Shown: one piece after another, positions 1-14,200 of the stretch
How positions within the stretch are numbered: the first letter of the stretch is position 1
Layout: every line of letters starts with the position of its first letter
Assembly (NCBI GenBank): GCA_023231475.1
Contig: JALJEE010000928.1
Coordinates: forward strand, 62,001 to 110,308
DNA length: 48,308 bases
DNA from: Seison nebaliae
Lineage: Eukaryota
Reading direction: 5' to 3'
Made by a program: the position numbers and the translations under genes
Notes under the pieces: model-generated
What the model was told of the DNA's origin: nothing
Database searches by the model: none
What the model saw: the letters and a program-made list of their open reading frames with translations, nothing else

Positions 1-43
1 CAATAGAAAATAGAAATTAGACACACAAACAAATAAAACAAAC

Positions 44-1429
44 TATATTTCCCATTTCCCATTGATCGTCTGTCGAGTGTTTGAGGAGACGAATCCACAT
101 ATCTGGTATAGACATGGCGAGTCGATAATCGAAACCGATTCCACCTTCATCGATCGGAAGACATAATGTTGGCATTCCACTCACATCCTCTCCTATCGAA
201 ATCATTTGAGGGAAAGTTCTCCTTCCTACGTAATGACATAACATGAGAAATATGATCGATTCCACATCGACATTCATCCCAAAATAATTGGGATAACTTC
301 CAAATGTTTCATCAATTCCATGTGAATGATACAACATCGAAGTGACACCATCGAAACGGAATCCATCAAAATGGTATTCATTCAACCACCAATGTACATT
401 GGAGAGTAAATAACGTTGAACTTCGATGTCGTTATAATTGAAGAGACGTGAATTCCATTGAGAATGGAAACCTCGACGATTGGCATGAAAGAAACAGTTA
501 TCACTACCATCGAAACGGTTTAATCCGTCGTTTGTATTCGAACTCGAATGAGATATGATGAGATCTAATAAAACGATGATATTTAATCGATGACATTCAT
601 CGATTAATTCCTTTAATTCATTCGGCTCTCCATATCGAGATGATGCGGCAAATGGTGAAGTGACTTGATAACCGAAAGAAGCATAATATGCATGTTCCAT
701 TATTCCCATCAATTGAATTGTATTATATCCCTGTCTTTTCAAACGAGGGAGAACATTCTCTTTAAAATCACCATATGATGCGATTTTTGGTTGGGATGAA
801 GATATGCCAATATGCGCCTCATAAATTCTTAAAGAATTTCTATTTCGTTCAATTCCTTTCATTCGTTCATTCTCATATTTCCATTCGAAACGTTTATCTT
901 TTCCATTTATCTCATAAAATATTCCATCATAATCATTGGAATTAGTTGACGAACTGGCTTTCACATAACATGACCACGGATCAAGTCGCACTAATTCATT
1001 TCCCTCATTATCGATTACTAATAATTTAATTTTTGATTTATCTTTCAATTTCATCGAATCCATTTCCTCAAATTCCAATTCCCATTTACCAAAAGGTAAT
1101 TTCTTCAATTCATGTGATCGTTTGTTCCACTGATTGAAATCTCCAAAAACATATATCTGTCGAGCGTGTGGTGCCCATAGTCGGATGAAGATTCTTCCAT
1201 TTAATTCATTCCGTTTAATTCCATAAATTTTATGAGATTGAATGAAACTATCAATCTCTTCGATTTCTTCGATTCGTTTCAATGATAATTGGTAAAGTTT
1301 GTGTCTTAAACGAAAAGAAGAGAAAATGAAATAATTCTCAGTAATAATAATAAACCTTCTTTGGATCTCTTTCGAATATGGTTCGAGTAATTTATCTTTA
1401 AAGTTAAATATCGTCTCTGATAAGGTCAT
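44..1429 (-). CDS. GBE1: 1,4-alpha-glucan (glycogen) branching enzyme, 5' part; gene continues beyond the left edge of the window
   Basis: Motifs WAPHA, GDFNQW, IYEAHIG, IMEHAYYASFGYQVT, FDGFRFDGVTSM (GH13 nucleophile), IGEDVSGMP and GFDYRLAM. Likely ATG at 1429. An in-frame 51-nt intron at 1305-1355 (GTTTAT..TAAG) restores EIQRRHKLY. A second donor, GTTTGT, is at 43. Confidence 0.95.
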
Positions 1430-1749
1430 ATCTGATTCTTCTCTAATATTATTCCTTTTCCAAGTTTGCACGCTCTCTTTTCAAAATGTACCAATCAATT
1501 CTTTTTTCCAAAAATCTCTAAAATTCATTCATTTTGAATTATCTTAATCTTATTTGAATTCATAGATCTTTTCTCATTAATTGTAATTTGATTTTAAACA
1601 TTAAAATAAAAATTAGTTTGAGAAGAAAATTGTTGACTAGTTCGCGATAAGAGATTGAGAATGAAATGTGTTATTAATGAATTGAATTAAATTTTTAATT
1701 TTTAAGAAAAAAATTTTATTTTTCAGAAAATAAAAATTCGAATGATTAT

Positions 1750-2304
1750 TTATTTCTTCATTTTCGGTGCATTCTTCTGTTCGAAGGACACGCGTGAAGG
1801 CAAATTGATTCCCTAAAATAATTACAAGAAAATATTTTTGTATAAATACATTTAATGAGGAAAGAACTAACAAAGAATTCACACATTTTCTTTGTTTCGT
1901 CATCAATTCGGAAATCGCCGGTCAAAACTGATTCTGCCGGAACATAATTATCTCGAAGTTCTCGTTCTTCTTCTTGCAATTTAATCGAAATTCCTCGAAC
2001 AGGATTCTTTTGGATTCTCTTCATCAAATGAGTAATGAATCTGTTTGATCTCTTATAAAAACCATTTTCATTGAAACCGAATGAAAAGTAACCCAGCGAT
2101 TTGATTTCTCAATCGTTTCCCATGAAGAATTGCTACTTCACCAACTACTCGTTTGTTTGTATGGAAATCGAATCCCAATTTAGTATAGTATTTTTCGATG
2201 ATTGTTCGCGAAGATTTCTTCACCGTCTTGGTTCTTACACGCACCTGAAAATTTCATGGAATTAACGTGATAAAAAAAAGAAAGATACAATAATGTCTCA
2301 CCAT
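1750..2304 (-). CDS. RPS17: 40S ribosomal protein S17 (eS17), 128 aa, 4 exons
   Basis: Spliced translation [68 protein letters not shown]. Introns 2245-2301, 2041-2092 and 1813-1871. Confidence 0.96.
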
Positions 2305-3874
2305 TTTTAAGATACACGAATTTTCGAAATAAAACTTTTGTTGTTGTAGTGTGTGTAAAGCGGAAAATTTGAAAGTGTTACATCAAATTTGTTTCCTATT
2401 AAACCATAATAATTCCAATTTGTTGCTATGTTACAAACCATACAGCAAACAGAACTGGACATCGAACTAAAACTTTATGATGGTGAAATTAACAGATAAT
2501 ACAGAAAAATTGTTCAAAGAGTTCTTATAACATTAAAAATTTGATGTTTCATTTCAATTAACATCTGTTATTTCAGCGATTGAATTATTTTAGAATTCTT
2601 TAGTATTTTATGTATTAAGCAGCCACATGATAAATATCGATAATTCTTAAACTTACGTTAATTCTCATTTAATATATATATATATATATTCCGTTGTTTT
2701 TTACTCGAGCGTTCATTTTTTATAATTTGACCTGGTTTCAGATTTTATTATGAATATTTTTAAATGACTTTTATATTTTTTATTAAATTTTCTTTGTAAT
2801 TTAATTGAAATTTACTATTCTAGTTAAATTTTCTTAAGTTTTAATTAGTAATTAACTAATACTTGGAAGTAGAATCTATTAGATGCTGAATACTATATTA
2901 TACTGTACTATATACATACTATATACTGCATAGTACTGTAAGTAGTTTATTTAGAAAACGAAGGAAAATTGGTGAAATGGAAAGAAATAAGTTAATGAAA
3001 GAATTAAAACGTTTCATTGTCGATGAAAATGAATAATGATAGTCGTTAAATGAAGATGGTACAGAAAGGAAGGTTGTCGCTGAATTAGGAGAGTTATCAA
3101 ATTAATTAAGTAATCCAGAGATGAATTGAAATAAGATAAATTGAAAAATATAAGTTGCCGATTTGTTATTGTCATTGGGTAGTTCGATTGAAGAAGGAGA
3201 TTGAATGATTTTGCAATTGAAAATTTTCGTTTGGTTCTTTTTTTTTTGTTTGGTTAATCAGGAAGATAGAATAAAAGTTCTAATAAATGATATTATGTAT
3301 GAAAGAAGACAACGCTAATTTCATATTCTTTTTCACCGAGTTCTTTTGGTTCATGACAATGTTTCATGGGCATCGTTTTACTGTTCTTATTCTTATTCTA
3401 TTCGATAACAGTCTTATCCGATGACAGATCGAAGTATGGTGAGATGAACCAAAAATGATTGGATTGAAATGAATATGATAATGAATAGTTTGCCGTTAAA
3501 TTGGGAAGGATGAACCGGGTGAAGACACATATTACACGTCATGTGATAATAGATCGATACAATTAACCATTTCCACCCAAACGGAGAAAGAATAATTGGA
3601 TAGAAGTGCAATAGATTCGTTAATGAAAAGAAATAGATTATATGAAAGATGTTCGAATTTGATGTAAATGAAAGTTTTCATTTGTAGAATAACAAAAAAT
3701 TTGCTCTTGCAAATAAAACTCTTGAGAGTTTCATTCTTTGTTCTGTCTTAACATTCACTCTCACTTTCTCAACATTAACACTAGAGTTGGATGATGTTGC
3801 ATTAAAGTTGTATTTACTCATGTTGACAATAAATAAAAAATTATTCGTTAACAAAATTTCGTTGTCTTCTAATT

Positions 3875-6800
3875 TTAAAATCCGGTGATATGGCAATATG
3901 CTTTCAATGATGAGATGATGATGTACATCATCCATAAACTGATCAATAATCCTCCGGTGACATATTTCACGACTTTCGGTCCACCTAATTCTCCACCGCC
4001 AAATCTCGGTAACCGTTTCAATAAAATTATTCCAATTGCAATACAAGCGAATATACAAAATATCGTTACAGAGAATGCTATGGATCCTGGATCCATCTAT
4101 AAATAAACAATTGAACAGCAAATAAGAAACAGAATTGAATCTAACTATGAATTTTTCACCTTTTTTTTGTTTATATCCTGCAGCAGCAGTCCATGCAATG
4201 CCAATACCGAGAAATACATTAACGGCGTTACTTCCCGTAATATTTCCAATTGCCGCATCAGCATATTCCTCTTTCTGTGCAGCGATCATACTCGCAAATG
4301 TATCTAACAAATAATGAAAGAATAATTTTTGAAGATTATTGATTTGACATGACATTAACCTGGTAAACTAGTACCTAATGCAACGAAAGTAATTGCATTA
4401 ATTGTATCTTTTAATTGAACAGTACAACCAAAGTGAGAGGCCAAATCTCCAACTAAAGCCGTTAAAATGGCGATTACAAATAAAGAAAAGACGAAACATG
4501 GCCAGCCATCAAGTAATTCTTTAATTAGTTTTTAAATTTATAATGGAGTTATAAAAGAAAGTTTATGGAACTTGATGGAGGAACTATTGCAAATAGAAGT
4601 TTCCATGGTAATTGTAAATAAAATAAAAATCTTTCGAAACAAGTCGGTTTTCTTGGTTCTCCATCATCGTCCTCTGAAATAAGATGATGAAAAAATCAAA
4701 AATATTATTATAAAAAAAACCTGCTTCAATTTTTAATGCTTGTTGAAATTGTTCTTTCCATGTTTCAGTACCAGCTTCTTCTGAATCATCCTCTTGCACC
4801 AATTTGTCCACCATTTCCTAAAAAAATATTTCATTTTAAAAATAATTGAAAATAGTCGTTTAACATGCAAAGCATTATTCTCTCGAATATTGATCTTCAG
4901 AGTGTTAATCGATCCTAATTGTGGACGTCCCTGAATTGCAACTTGTCTTTCTTCCTCAGTCAAGTCTTGGAGGAGAGTATCCGTTTTCTTCACACTTAAC
5001 AAACTTTCTGCTTTCGAGATGATACTAGCTTTAGTGCTTCGACGAGCTAAAATAAATAGTTGATAAATTTCAAAAACGGAAATATAAAAACTTCTATTGA
5101 ATTGGTCGTTTGTTGGTTCGCTCAACACCAAATTAAATGAGACATCTTTCTGGTATTGGTCCGTATCGATAATGGGTATCTTAATTACTTTCCTAAAATA
5201 ACATGGTAAGTTATAAATAGAATTATGAATATTCTCGTTTTTCAATTAGATTCTCTAAGGTGTTTAGTAAGATGAAATGAACTACAAAATAACGTTAAGA
5301 TGGGTGTATGATGATAAGATGATAATTAGTGATGGTGATAATCAATGAACAATTAAGGATAGAAATAAAAAAGAAAAAATAATCTAATTGTTTTAATATA
5401 TACTCTCTAAATCATTACTACTACTAGACTCTAATTAATGCTAGTATTGTCCAACGAGGTTTCGTCCAACATTCCTTACTCCATTAGAAATGGAAGAAAT
5501 TATTAGAAAATCATAAAAAATCATATGTTGTCTATTATTGCGGTTAAAAGTGAAACAAAAAGAAAAAGACTATCACCAAATGCATTAAAGAATGAAACTA
5601 AGGATGATAAAGAATGTGAATAAGAGAAATTATGGCAGAAATATATCTCAAATTGAGATGTTGATAAGATTGATCATTTGGAAGTGAATCGAGATGACCA
5701 TAAAAAATATGAAAGGAAATTGGGCTTACGCAACTAACGGACTTTTCAGAAGTAAATATATTAGAAATATGAGTGTGATACATAAGATTGGGATTTTGTT
5801 AATTTAATGATCCATAAATGGATGGAATTTTTCATCCGATGATAAGATGGTGGAGCAGGTGACAATTATTGAGAAACAAACATTATTAAACGTGGAGTTG
5901 GAAAGACGAATTAACTCGAATACTAACTCTACTTCTTCGTCAGCAAATTCTAGGACACCGTTCGCTTCATCATAATCGGTGCCTGGCAAGGCGTCAATCC
6001 TCTCCGTATGATATTCAATCATCGCTTTTCCATGTGCACCAGTTTTACGTACAACCTGTATTAATGAATGATAATATATATTAATGTGCAAGAATTGATT
6101 GAATTAACCTCAATTTCCAAAAGACCAATATTCTCTTCAATCATTTTCTCCGATTCTATGAATTCGAATACTCCACAATGATCATCATCGAGGATGGTAA
6201 TCCTTGCAGTAGATTCTGGTCCTAATATCGGTACGTTATCATCGGTATTATTTCTTAATCGTGGATTAGTCAACCGAACTAAAAAGTATTCGTCTTCTTC
6301 AAAAATATCGTCATCAACAATCGGTATGGAGAGAACGAATTGTATTTGACCAGGTCGAAAATTGATGGTTCCATTCTTTGGTTTATAATCCTTTTCAGCT
6401 GTGGCAGTTCCATCTTCCGTGCAATAATCTACTGATACTTCTGATTGCAAATTACCTCCACGGCGAACAATGACAACTTCAGCGTTGCCACATGACTCCA
6501 ATACTCGATATTCGTCAGGTTCGAAATAAATGATTTGTTCTGAACCGGCCATCAGTTCTCCAGGTGTCTTCATTGTCGATACTTCATCACTGTCACTATC
6601 TCGATCACGGAATGCTCCAGATAATCGTTTTTTAATTGCTGATTTCGGTTTTCGATAAAACGCTTTACTATGAGTCTTTCGTTTTTGGATTTCTTGACGA
6701 ACCATTCTCTCCAAATCCTTGTCATCCAAATGTGGATGTTTCTGTTTAATTTCACGAATAATCTTCAAATCTTCCAGAGTTCTCTTCTCCAATAAATCGA

Positions 6801-8037
6801 TGTATGCTGCATTGTCTTCAATAATTTCTGTACCTTTATTAAGCATGGGTTTATTAGAACCTGCAGAATCGGGAGTTAACGCACCTTGAACATCGATATC
6901 GGTATCTTTCAACCCGCTACTCGGTTTCGAATGATTGTTTAAGTATTGGTCCGATTGACTAGTTTTCCTCGACGGCATCACAGAGAATCGTCTCTGTGTG
7001 TCAGCCATAACCCTTTTACCAATAGCTCCGTAACAGAACTTCTTATCAACCCCATAAGCGACGAGGACAGTTATGGGGAACATTAGGAGAGTAACAATTC
7101 CTTCCCATAAGGCGATTTCACCTTCCTCACCAATTTGAGAAATGATAAGGTACATCCAAACATAAGCAAAAACAGAAATAAAAGCAGTTAACAGGAAAAC
7201 ACGGAGGAAGTTAATTTTCTTTACTGTTCCATCAGGCAGACCGAGCACACATACGGCAGAAATGATAAAAAGATTAAACGCTGCACTTCCAACAATTGTT
7301 CCAGGTCCCAAGTCGCCGGGTTCGAAATCATTTCCAGCCAGCTCAATGATGGACAATAGAATTTCAGGTGCGGATGATCCAAGTGCCATTAACGTGAGAT
7401 TCGCCACTGTTTCATTCCAAATTCGCACGTTGATCTTCTTTATACTTCCATCAGGTGATTTCACATTAATATGCTTCTCTTTCGATGTAATCACTTCAAT
7501 CGATTCCATAAAACGATCGGAGATTATTGCAATTCCTACGAAACAATAGGAGAGACATAGAAAATAGACGACCGCTCTCAATACAATCATTCCAGTAGAT
7601 ACATCATTCGGTTTCCATCTTGGCAAGAGAATTCCATCTTTACACGATTGTTTCGCTTTACACTTATCGACTGGTTCCTCTGTTGTTGCACGTAAAGAAA
7701 TTGTATCTTTTCTCACTTTATTCTGATATTCTACATGTCTCCGATAAGCAGTTAAGACATCTGGAACTTGATAATTTTCCTTGTTCTCATTCGATTCACC
7801 ATCGTTCTCATGGACGGTTGAATAATGATTATTTCTTCTTTCGTCATGTATCTCCTCTTTCACATTCCCACCATTATCAGTCGAATCATGAATCGTTTCT
7901 GATAATCTCAATATCCATGACGCTTCTTGAACTGGTATTCGATACGAATTCTTCTCGGATGTTGTATTATTATTTGATAATTGTGGATAACTAAGGACGG
8001 CACAAACAACGCAAAATTGTAATATTAAGTATTTCAT
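3875..8037 (-). CDS. Na+/Ca2+ exchanger (NCX, SLC8 family), ~1025 aa, 9 coding exons
   Basis: Signal peptide MKYLILQFCVVCAVLS; alpha-1 repeat LMALGSSAPE; two Calx-beta domains (IVDDDIFEEDEYF, ILDDDH); alpha-2 repeat FVALGTSLPDTFAS..GNITGSNAVNVFLG; C-terminal GGELGGP. Introns 6056-6108, 5193-5927, 5047-5091, 4818-4864, 4674-4720, 4519-4571, 4304-4359 and 4097-4145 keep the frame. Confidence 0.95.
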
Positions 8038-8277
8038 TGTTGTCAACTGAATGAAGGAAGATGAATTATCAATTTCTTAATTATTATTCAATGTATCAAT
8101 TAGTCATCAGTATCGGCAACCGTTTCCAATTGTGGACTACCAATAAATATTCGTTCTCTCGTATTATACCAAAAACGGAATGGTATAATTATTATGTGAG
8201 TTGAGGAAATGAATTTTTCCTAGTTTACCTTTTAACAATCATTTCTAAAAAAATACATACCATTCGATGAACAAATT

Positions 8278-8297
8278 TTGTTGTTGTTGTTGTTGTT
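8278..8297. repeat. (TTG)n microsatellite
   Basis: About 6-7 tandem TTG units seen directly. Confidence 0.8.
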
Positions 8298-11200
8298 GGG
8301 GGTATCGGGTGGAGGTTAATCTAGTGAATGATAAACAAATAAATTTAGAATAATTTCTTCCGATTATATGATTTTGTTAGTGAAGAATAAAGTTGATTTA
8401 TTTCTGGGTGGAACAATCAAATGGAACAATAGAAATTTCGAACAATAAGATTTCTGAATAATAAGAATAAAGCAACTAAATTAAAATGTTAGACCGGCGT
8501 TAACCGTTCTATCAACGAATCTAAATGGAGGAAATCCAATGGAAAATTGGACGATGAAGGGAAATCGAACTATCGAACATTGGTAGTATTTCTATTATCG
8601 TCAATTAGATTATTCGTCAATTATTGATAAATGAGAAAGTGGCAACATAACAGGATTTCAAGGAGAAGAAGTCGAATAATTTTATTTTGATAAGAATTTA
8701 TTGCTCCGTTCACTACTGTTTATCTTATGTAAAAGCGAAGTAGAGAGATATTTTCTGATCTATAATACTTTGGAATTATATGTTCAAATTAGAGAATGTT
8801 CCGTTGAAATTCGTTTTCTTATTCATCTTTCTCCTTTGCCGTTTTTCCTCTCACAGTTAACGTCTTATTCGTTTTCCCTTCCATTTACAGAACAGTTTCA
8901 TTCTTTCCACTACAACATATTACATCATAAAGAGAATAATTATATGAAATAGTTCTGGGCCCACATATGGAGTAGATGAGCTGAAAAGATTACAAGATGA
9001 ATGGAATAGATATACGTGTTTCTGGTGCGAGTGATTTGTGAAGAAGAATTAAATAGATATACAGATATCTTTCTGATGAATTTATGTGTTTTTCTTTTGG
9101 TGCAATCGTGTATATACATCCATCTTTTCTGTGATTAAGATAAAAGAGATAACTACAAATATCATGAAAAATAGAAACAAATTTCTTTCAAGGGGGGGAA
9201 AGAACTTATTCAATAACATTTCACTTTATCTTCAGTCAGCCCAGACAAATACAACGCAGTTACAAATCTAACGTAAAATTCGAGAGGAGAGAAGATGTTT
9301 TATTCCATTTATTTACCTTCCAAATCTAGTACCATCTATCTATCTAGCTACTACAATAATAACGAACAATTATAAGATGCAGATTTCGACGTAGGCAGAG
9401 GCGGTACATATGAAGTAAAGCCGGAAGAGAATCTTGTTGGCGGGGTTCAAACATAAGAAACGTTGAGGAATTGATTAAAAAATTTGGTGAGTAAAAGAAA
9501 AATTGATATTTCTTTTTATCAACTTTACTTCATTTCACATGGACTTTCCCGGATATATTGGCATGTGAAGTGGAATAGGGATTTATTTAATAAAATTCCT
9601 CACAATCACTATATACTTCCATCGGGATTGCTCCTTCCTTCGACATACTTATATAAGCTCTGGTGTGTCAGATTGGGATGCGCAAATCATTTTTAGCATG
9701 AGCACAACAATAACTACACAATGGTTGAATTATTGATTAAGAACATTTGATGGAAGGATGTATGATGCCATCTCTTTCATTGGCAAGTACATGCGAAGGA
9801 AACAGAGAATTATAATCTCTGTCTATATACAGATATATTTTGCAATAGATATACTAGTGTGAGCACATGCATTCTCAATGCAAAAATTAGTCAATTGTCT
9901 AGTTATTGAGTAAAATAATCATGTAAGTACCTCATTATCATTACCATCCACCTGTAATACTAAATCAATCAATTAATATTCGTTAACTAACAAACTTTAA
10001 TAAATCTATTCGATTCCTTTCACATCTCGTTTTACTCCATTAAATTTTACTTAACAAATAATTATGATTACATTGAACTATATCGGTTGGAGGATATCCT
10101 AAAGTTTCAATGATGTTATCGATAATGATGTTAGACTAAAAAACATGCCAATCTATCATGAACTATCAATAACCAAATAATGAGTACCAAGATTGATTAA
10201 AACGGAAATGAGAAATATCCTTTTTGTTTCTTAACGAGAAATAATAAGAAATAATTAACAGATGACATAAAGGTAGATAATGGAAAATCACACAAAAATT
10301 GATAAGTCTAAATTAGATGTACAAGTTCGGTTAATCTACGAGGAAGAAAACTTGATAGAAAACATACAACTGATTCATGATAATGTTAAAAGAATATTCC
10401 ACACAACAATACACGTTACAAATTATCGAATTGTTGATGTTCAGTGTCGACATAATTATAATACGATAACTAACATTAACAGTTATATTATAATAATATT
10501 ATTAGCCAGCTTCTTTTCACTAAAAAACTGTGGAGGATACAATTTTCGAATGAAATAATAATCACAACAACTTCTCGATAATGAGAAAGCGAATCGAAAA
10601 CTTCCAAATAAAATAAATTTATATAATTAGAGTAAAAGGACGAAACGTCTGGCGGATATAGTTGTTTCTGACGAAATATTATATCAACAAAAATTTTGAA
10701 AAACTATGAGAATTATTCTTTGAAATTGACATTCAAATGATACTGACAATATGTTTGCATATTCTAATTCGTCAAATAACTATATATTCCCAAAGGCATA
10801 ATAATTCTTTTTATAAGGATTCTGCTAAATTTATGAGACTAAAAACATATTAAATAGTTTTCCTAAAAACAACATAATCAACAACATTAAATTCGACAGT
10901 AGACTCATAATGATGGGGAATGAAGTAATTGGGAATTTCACAGAGCAATTTGTCCATTTGGAATTGATCGAATGTAAGTGTCGTTGTAAAAAAAAAAGAT
11001 TTTGATGGAATTTCAAATTAACTGAAAGAATCACAATTGATTTTATGAAATTAATCAATCAAGTTAAAATGTAAATTACACAGTTATTCCTGTGGAACGA
11101 AAGATGGAGAGATTGCAGAAATGATTTCTATTAACTGATTAGTCAATTGAACGAACCTTTATATTGCATATGAAAATATTACATAATAATGCTCATACAT

Positions 11201-14200
11201 CGAACATATAGAGTCTCCTATGTATTTAGAAAATAGCGAAGTCGATATACATATCCTGGAGATAACCGTAAATATGGAAATTGTGTCCACTACATAACGG
11301 ACGGTACATAACATCATCTCACCTAAGACAGGTCAAAATATCAAGGAGACTTTTCTATCGCAAATTCTTTTTTCATTTTAAAAAATATCATTTTTTCGGA
11401 TGCAATTTTTGCACAAAAAAACTATGTTAAATATTGAAATTGTTTTCAATTCCATATGAGAATTAAATCAGCGAAGAAGAAAATTGTTTTGAATGGAAAT
11501 AAATAATAAATGGAAATTAATCGATTATTATATAATTTATGTAATTCTATCGAAATTTAATCGAAATTTTCTGCACTCAAAAAGAAAAATCAGATTATTA
11601 TTTTGCCAACTTCCTCCAATTATATTCGAAAGAGTTCAAATTGAAGTATCTCTTTTGTTTGGCCAAATATCATAATAAATATACAGTATATGTGCTAACA
11701 ATTAAAGTATTCCCAATGCTTTGTTTATATTTTGATGATAAAAAAAATTGATTCCATCTCATTCTTTCAACAAATCGATTAAAATTAATCTCGTCATATT
11801 TGTGAATAATATTTAAAGTAGTGAATGACTATCTATTTTTCAATCGATATAAACAATTGTTACACTTATATAACGATTAATTGAAATGACGGAATAAGAT
11901 GGAATGATATTAGGTATTGGTATATTAATGATTTCTTAGTAGAATCTTTATCCTAATTATAATATAAACATACGTCCCGAGTGATAGCGATGATGAGAAA
12001 ATAAAGGAGAATGGTAATAACTGGAAAGATATTGAAATTAATTGAAGATTTTTGATAAAGAAAATGAACGAAAGAAAATTTTCTTGAGAAAACTTTTTCT
12101 TATTGATGGAATGATCCGTTGTGATGTTCGATAAGAGAGAATTAAACGAAAATAAGAGAATGGATGTAAATATTGCATTCATGCTTAATGATCCTATATC
12201 ATATCTAATAGTTAATGACGAAGCAAACTATGGAAATGTGGAGGGGGAATCATTGGCACAAATATATTTATAAAAGAAATAAAATGTGCGACGACTATTA
12301 TGAAGCATTTGACGTAAACAGATTAAGCCGGAAAGAATGAAGAACAGGAATGCTACATATGAAAGGTGAACGCACGAGGGAAGTAGGAAGAAAAACACTG
12401 AACAACTGAATGAAACACTTGTGATGCTTTTGAAGATGCATGACTAGATATTGTTTTCTCCAATTAGAATAAACGACTGGAAATTAAGAAGATATATCAA
12501 CATTTTCAAAACTGATTTATCATCATTAACTGCATGCGGAAGAATGTTGAGATATGAATACCATTTGGACTAATAGAAATTGGAAGTAGAAAGTAATAAT
12601 TTTCCCAGAAATTCTTTAAGAAAATCTTATTTAATTCTTGTATAAAAAGGAATTAAGTTTTATATTTTCATTTGGTTGTTGTCCCTGACAACAAAAAAAA
12701 CATTTATCATAATAACATTGACGGACAATGGAACCGGATAATTGATAATTTGACGTAAAGAAAAATTCCGCATTAGCACAACACTACTTTTTTTTTGAGA
12801 AATATTTTTGAATGCCTCCCCGTCCAATTTGAGCTCGAACCCTTGATCAGACCAATATTCTAACAATCTAATGTACTTCTGTATGTTGATCCGTCGACAG
12901 TTGTTGTTGGATTACAGTGGACAATGGCAACGAAAGAAAAGAAACGATATTATTCGAAGTTGCTTTGCTGTTGTTGAACAAAGAAAGTAAGTAAACACAT
13001 TCGTCGAATATACGGATATATAATAGGAAATAACTGGATGGGAAGAATTAATAGTTATTCTATAATCTTCACCAATCTTGCATTGTTAGACCAACGGATT
13101 TTCCTTTAATTATTTAACATTTATACGTCTTACTTGGAACGATAAGGGAAAAAAACAGAAAATGGGAAAGAAAATTGAAATAAAATTTTACATGTTTCTT
13201 CTTTTCTAAAATTCCATTTGCAGTCATGGTGAATATAAAAATAATAATAAGTTGACTAACCATCAAAAATGGACATACGAAGAACAATTCCACGATTCGT
13301 CTTAATGTAAGACAAAGAAGGAAATTATCTTGTTGGGAATGGAGCACAAATGAAAAGGAATTTGATAAAAACAAAATGCATTCAATCCGTAGGTGTATCA
13401 AAATTTATTAATATTATTCTGCTGCTAAATCAAAATTTAACAATGTCAGTTCAATCGATTCGTTTTTCGATCAACATCTTTAATAATAACTGTTTATTTA
13501 TTAAAATTATTTTCTCCAAAAGAGGTCAAACATAATCAATTTTGTTCGTACCAATCTTAATTAAATAATTTTAGCGAGGAATAATGAGCAAGAAGTATAT
13601 TAAAATTTATCAGTTTCAACAAATATCGTTTTCGTCCAATAAGACTTATAAATTTCATAGAATATTTATATGAAAATATTGGATTATTATTTCCTGTACT
13701 TCTTCTCAATTTCAACAATTCCATCACTTTATTATTAACGATTGTTAGCCAACGATTAACGTTCGATCGATGTTTATTAAAACTTATAAATAAATTATAC
13801 TACATACGTCTAGACATGAGAAACGATATCATTATGGTCATTTAGATGGTTGTCCATTCGGATGGAACATCACTCATCATCGGTAGAATGACGGACATAA
13901 TTCTGAAAGAAATGACAAAATGTAAATTCTACAAAATGGAAATGAATAAACTGAAAATTTGTTATTGATTATAAAATATTTATTAAACATTGTCTAATGA
14001 TTGTTAATTATATTATGAATCACATTTATATCAGAACCTAATACCCTTGACTCAACATGATTAGTACTTGTGTAATACAGGACACTTCTATTGCAATCTA
14101 ATGAAAGATAATATAAGTCGTTGTGTGAAATTATTGGTCATCATATCAGTAGAAGGCAGGAGTTACTGAAGGTTAAACGAAATATGGGAGGACATCAATT

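Noticed and set aside
2886..2945. TACTATAT/TACTGTA quasi-repeats and (AT)n at ~2672-2688
   Set aside because: Low-complexity sequence with no spacer structure; not CRISPR-like or a clear element terminus.
9377..9456. Coding-looking segment DADFDVGRGGTYEVKPEENLVGGVQT*; similarly SDAPCGKCAAFEAKEVGH at ~30200
   Set aside because: Short, bounded by stops, and no partner exons could be linked.
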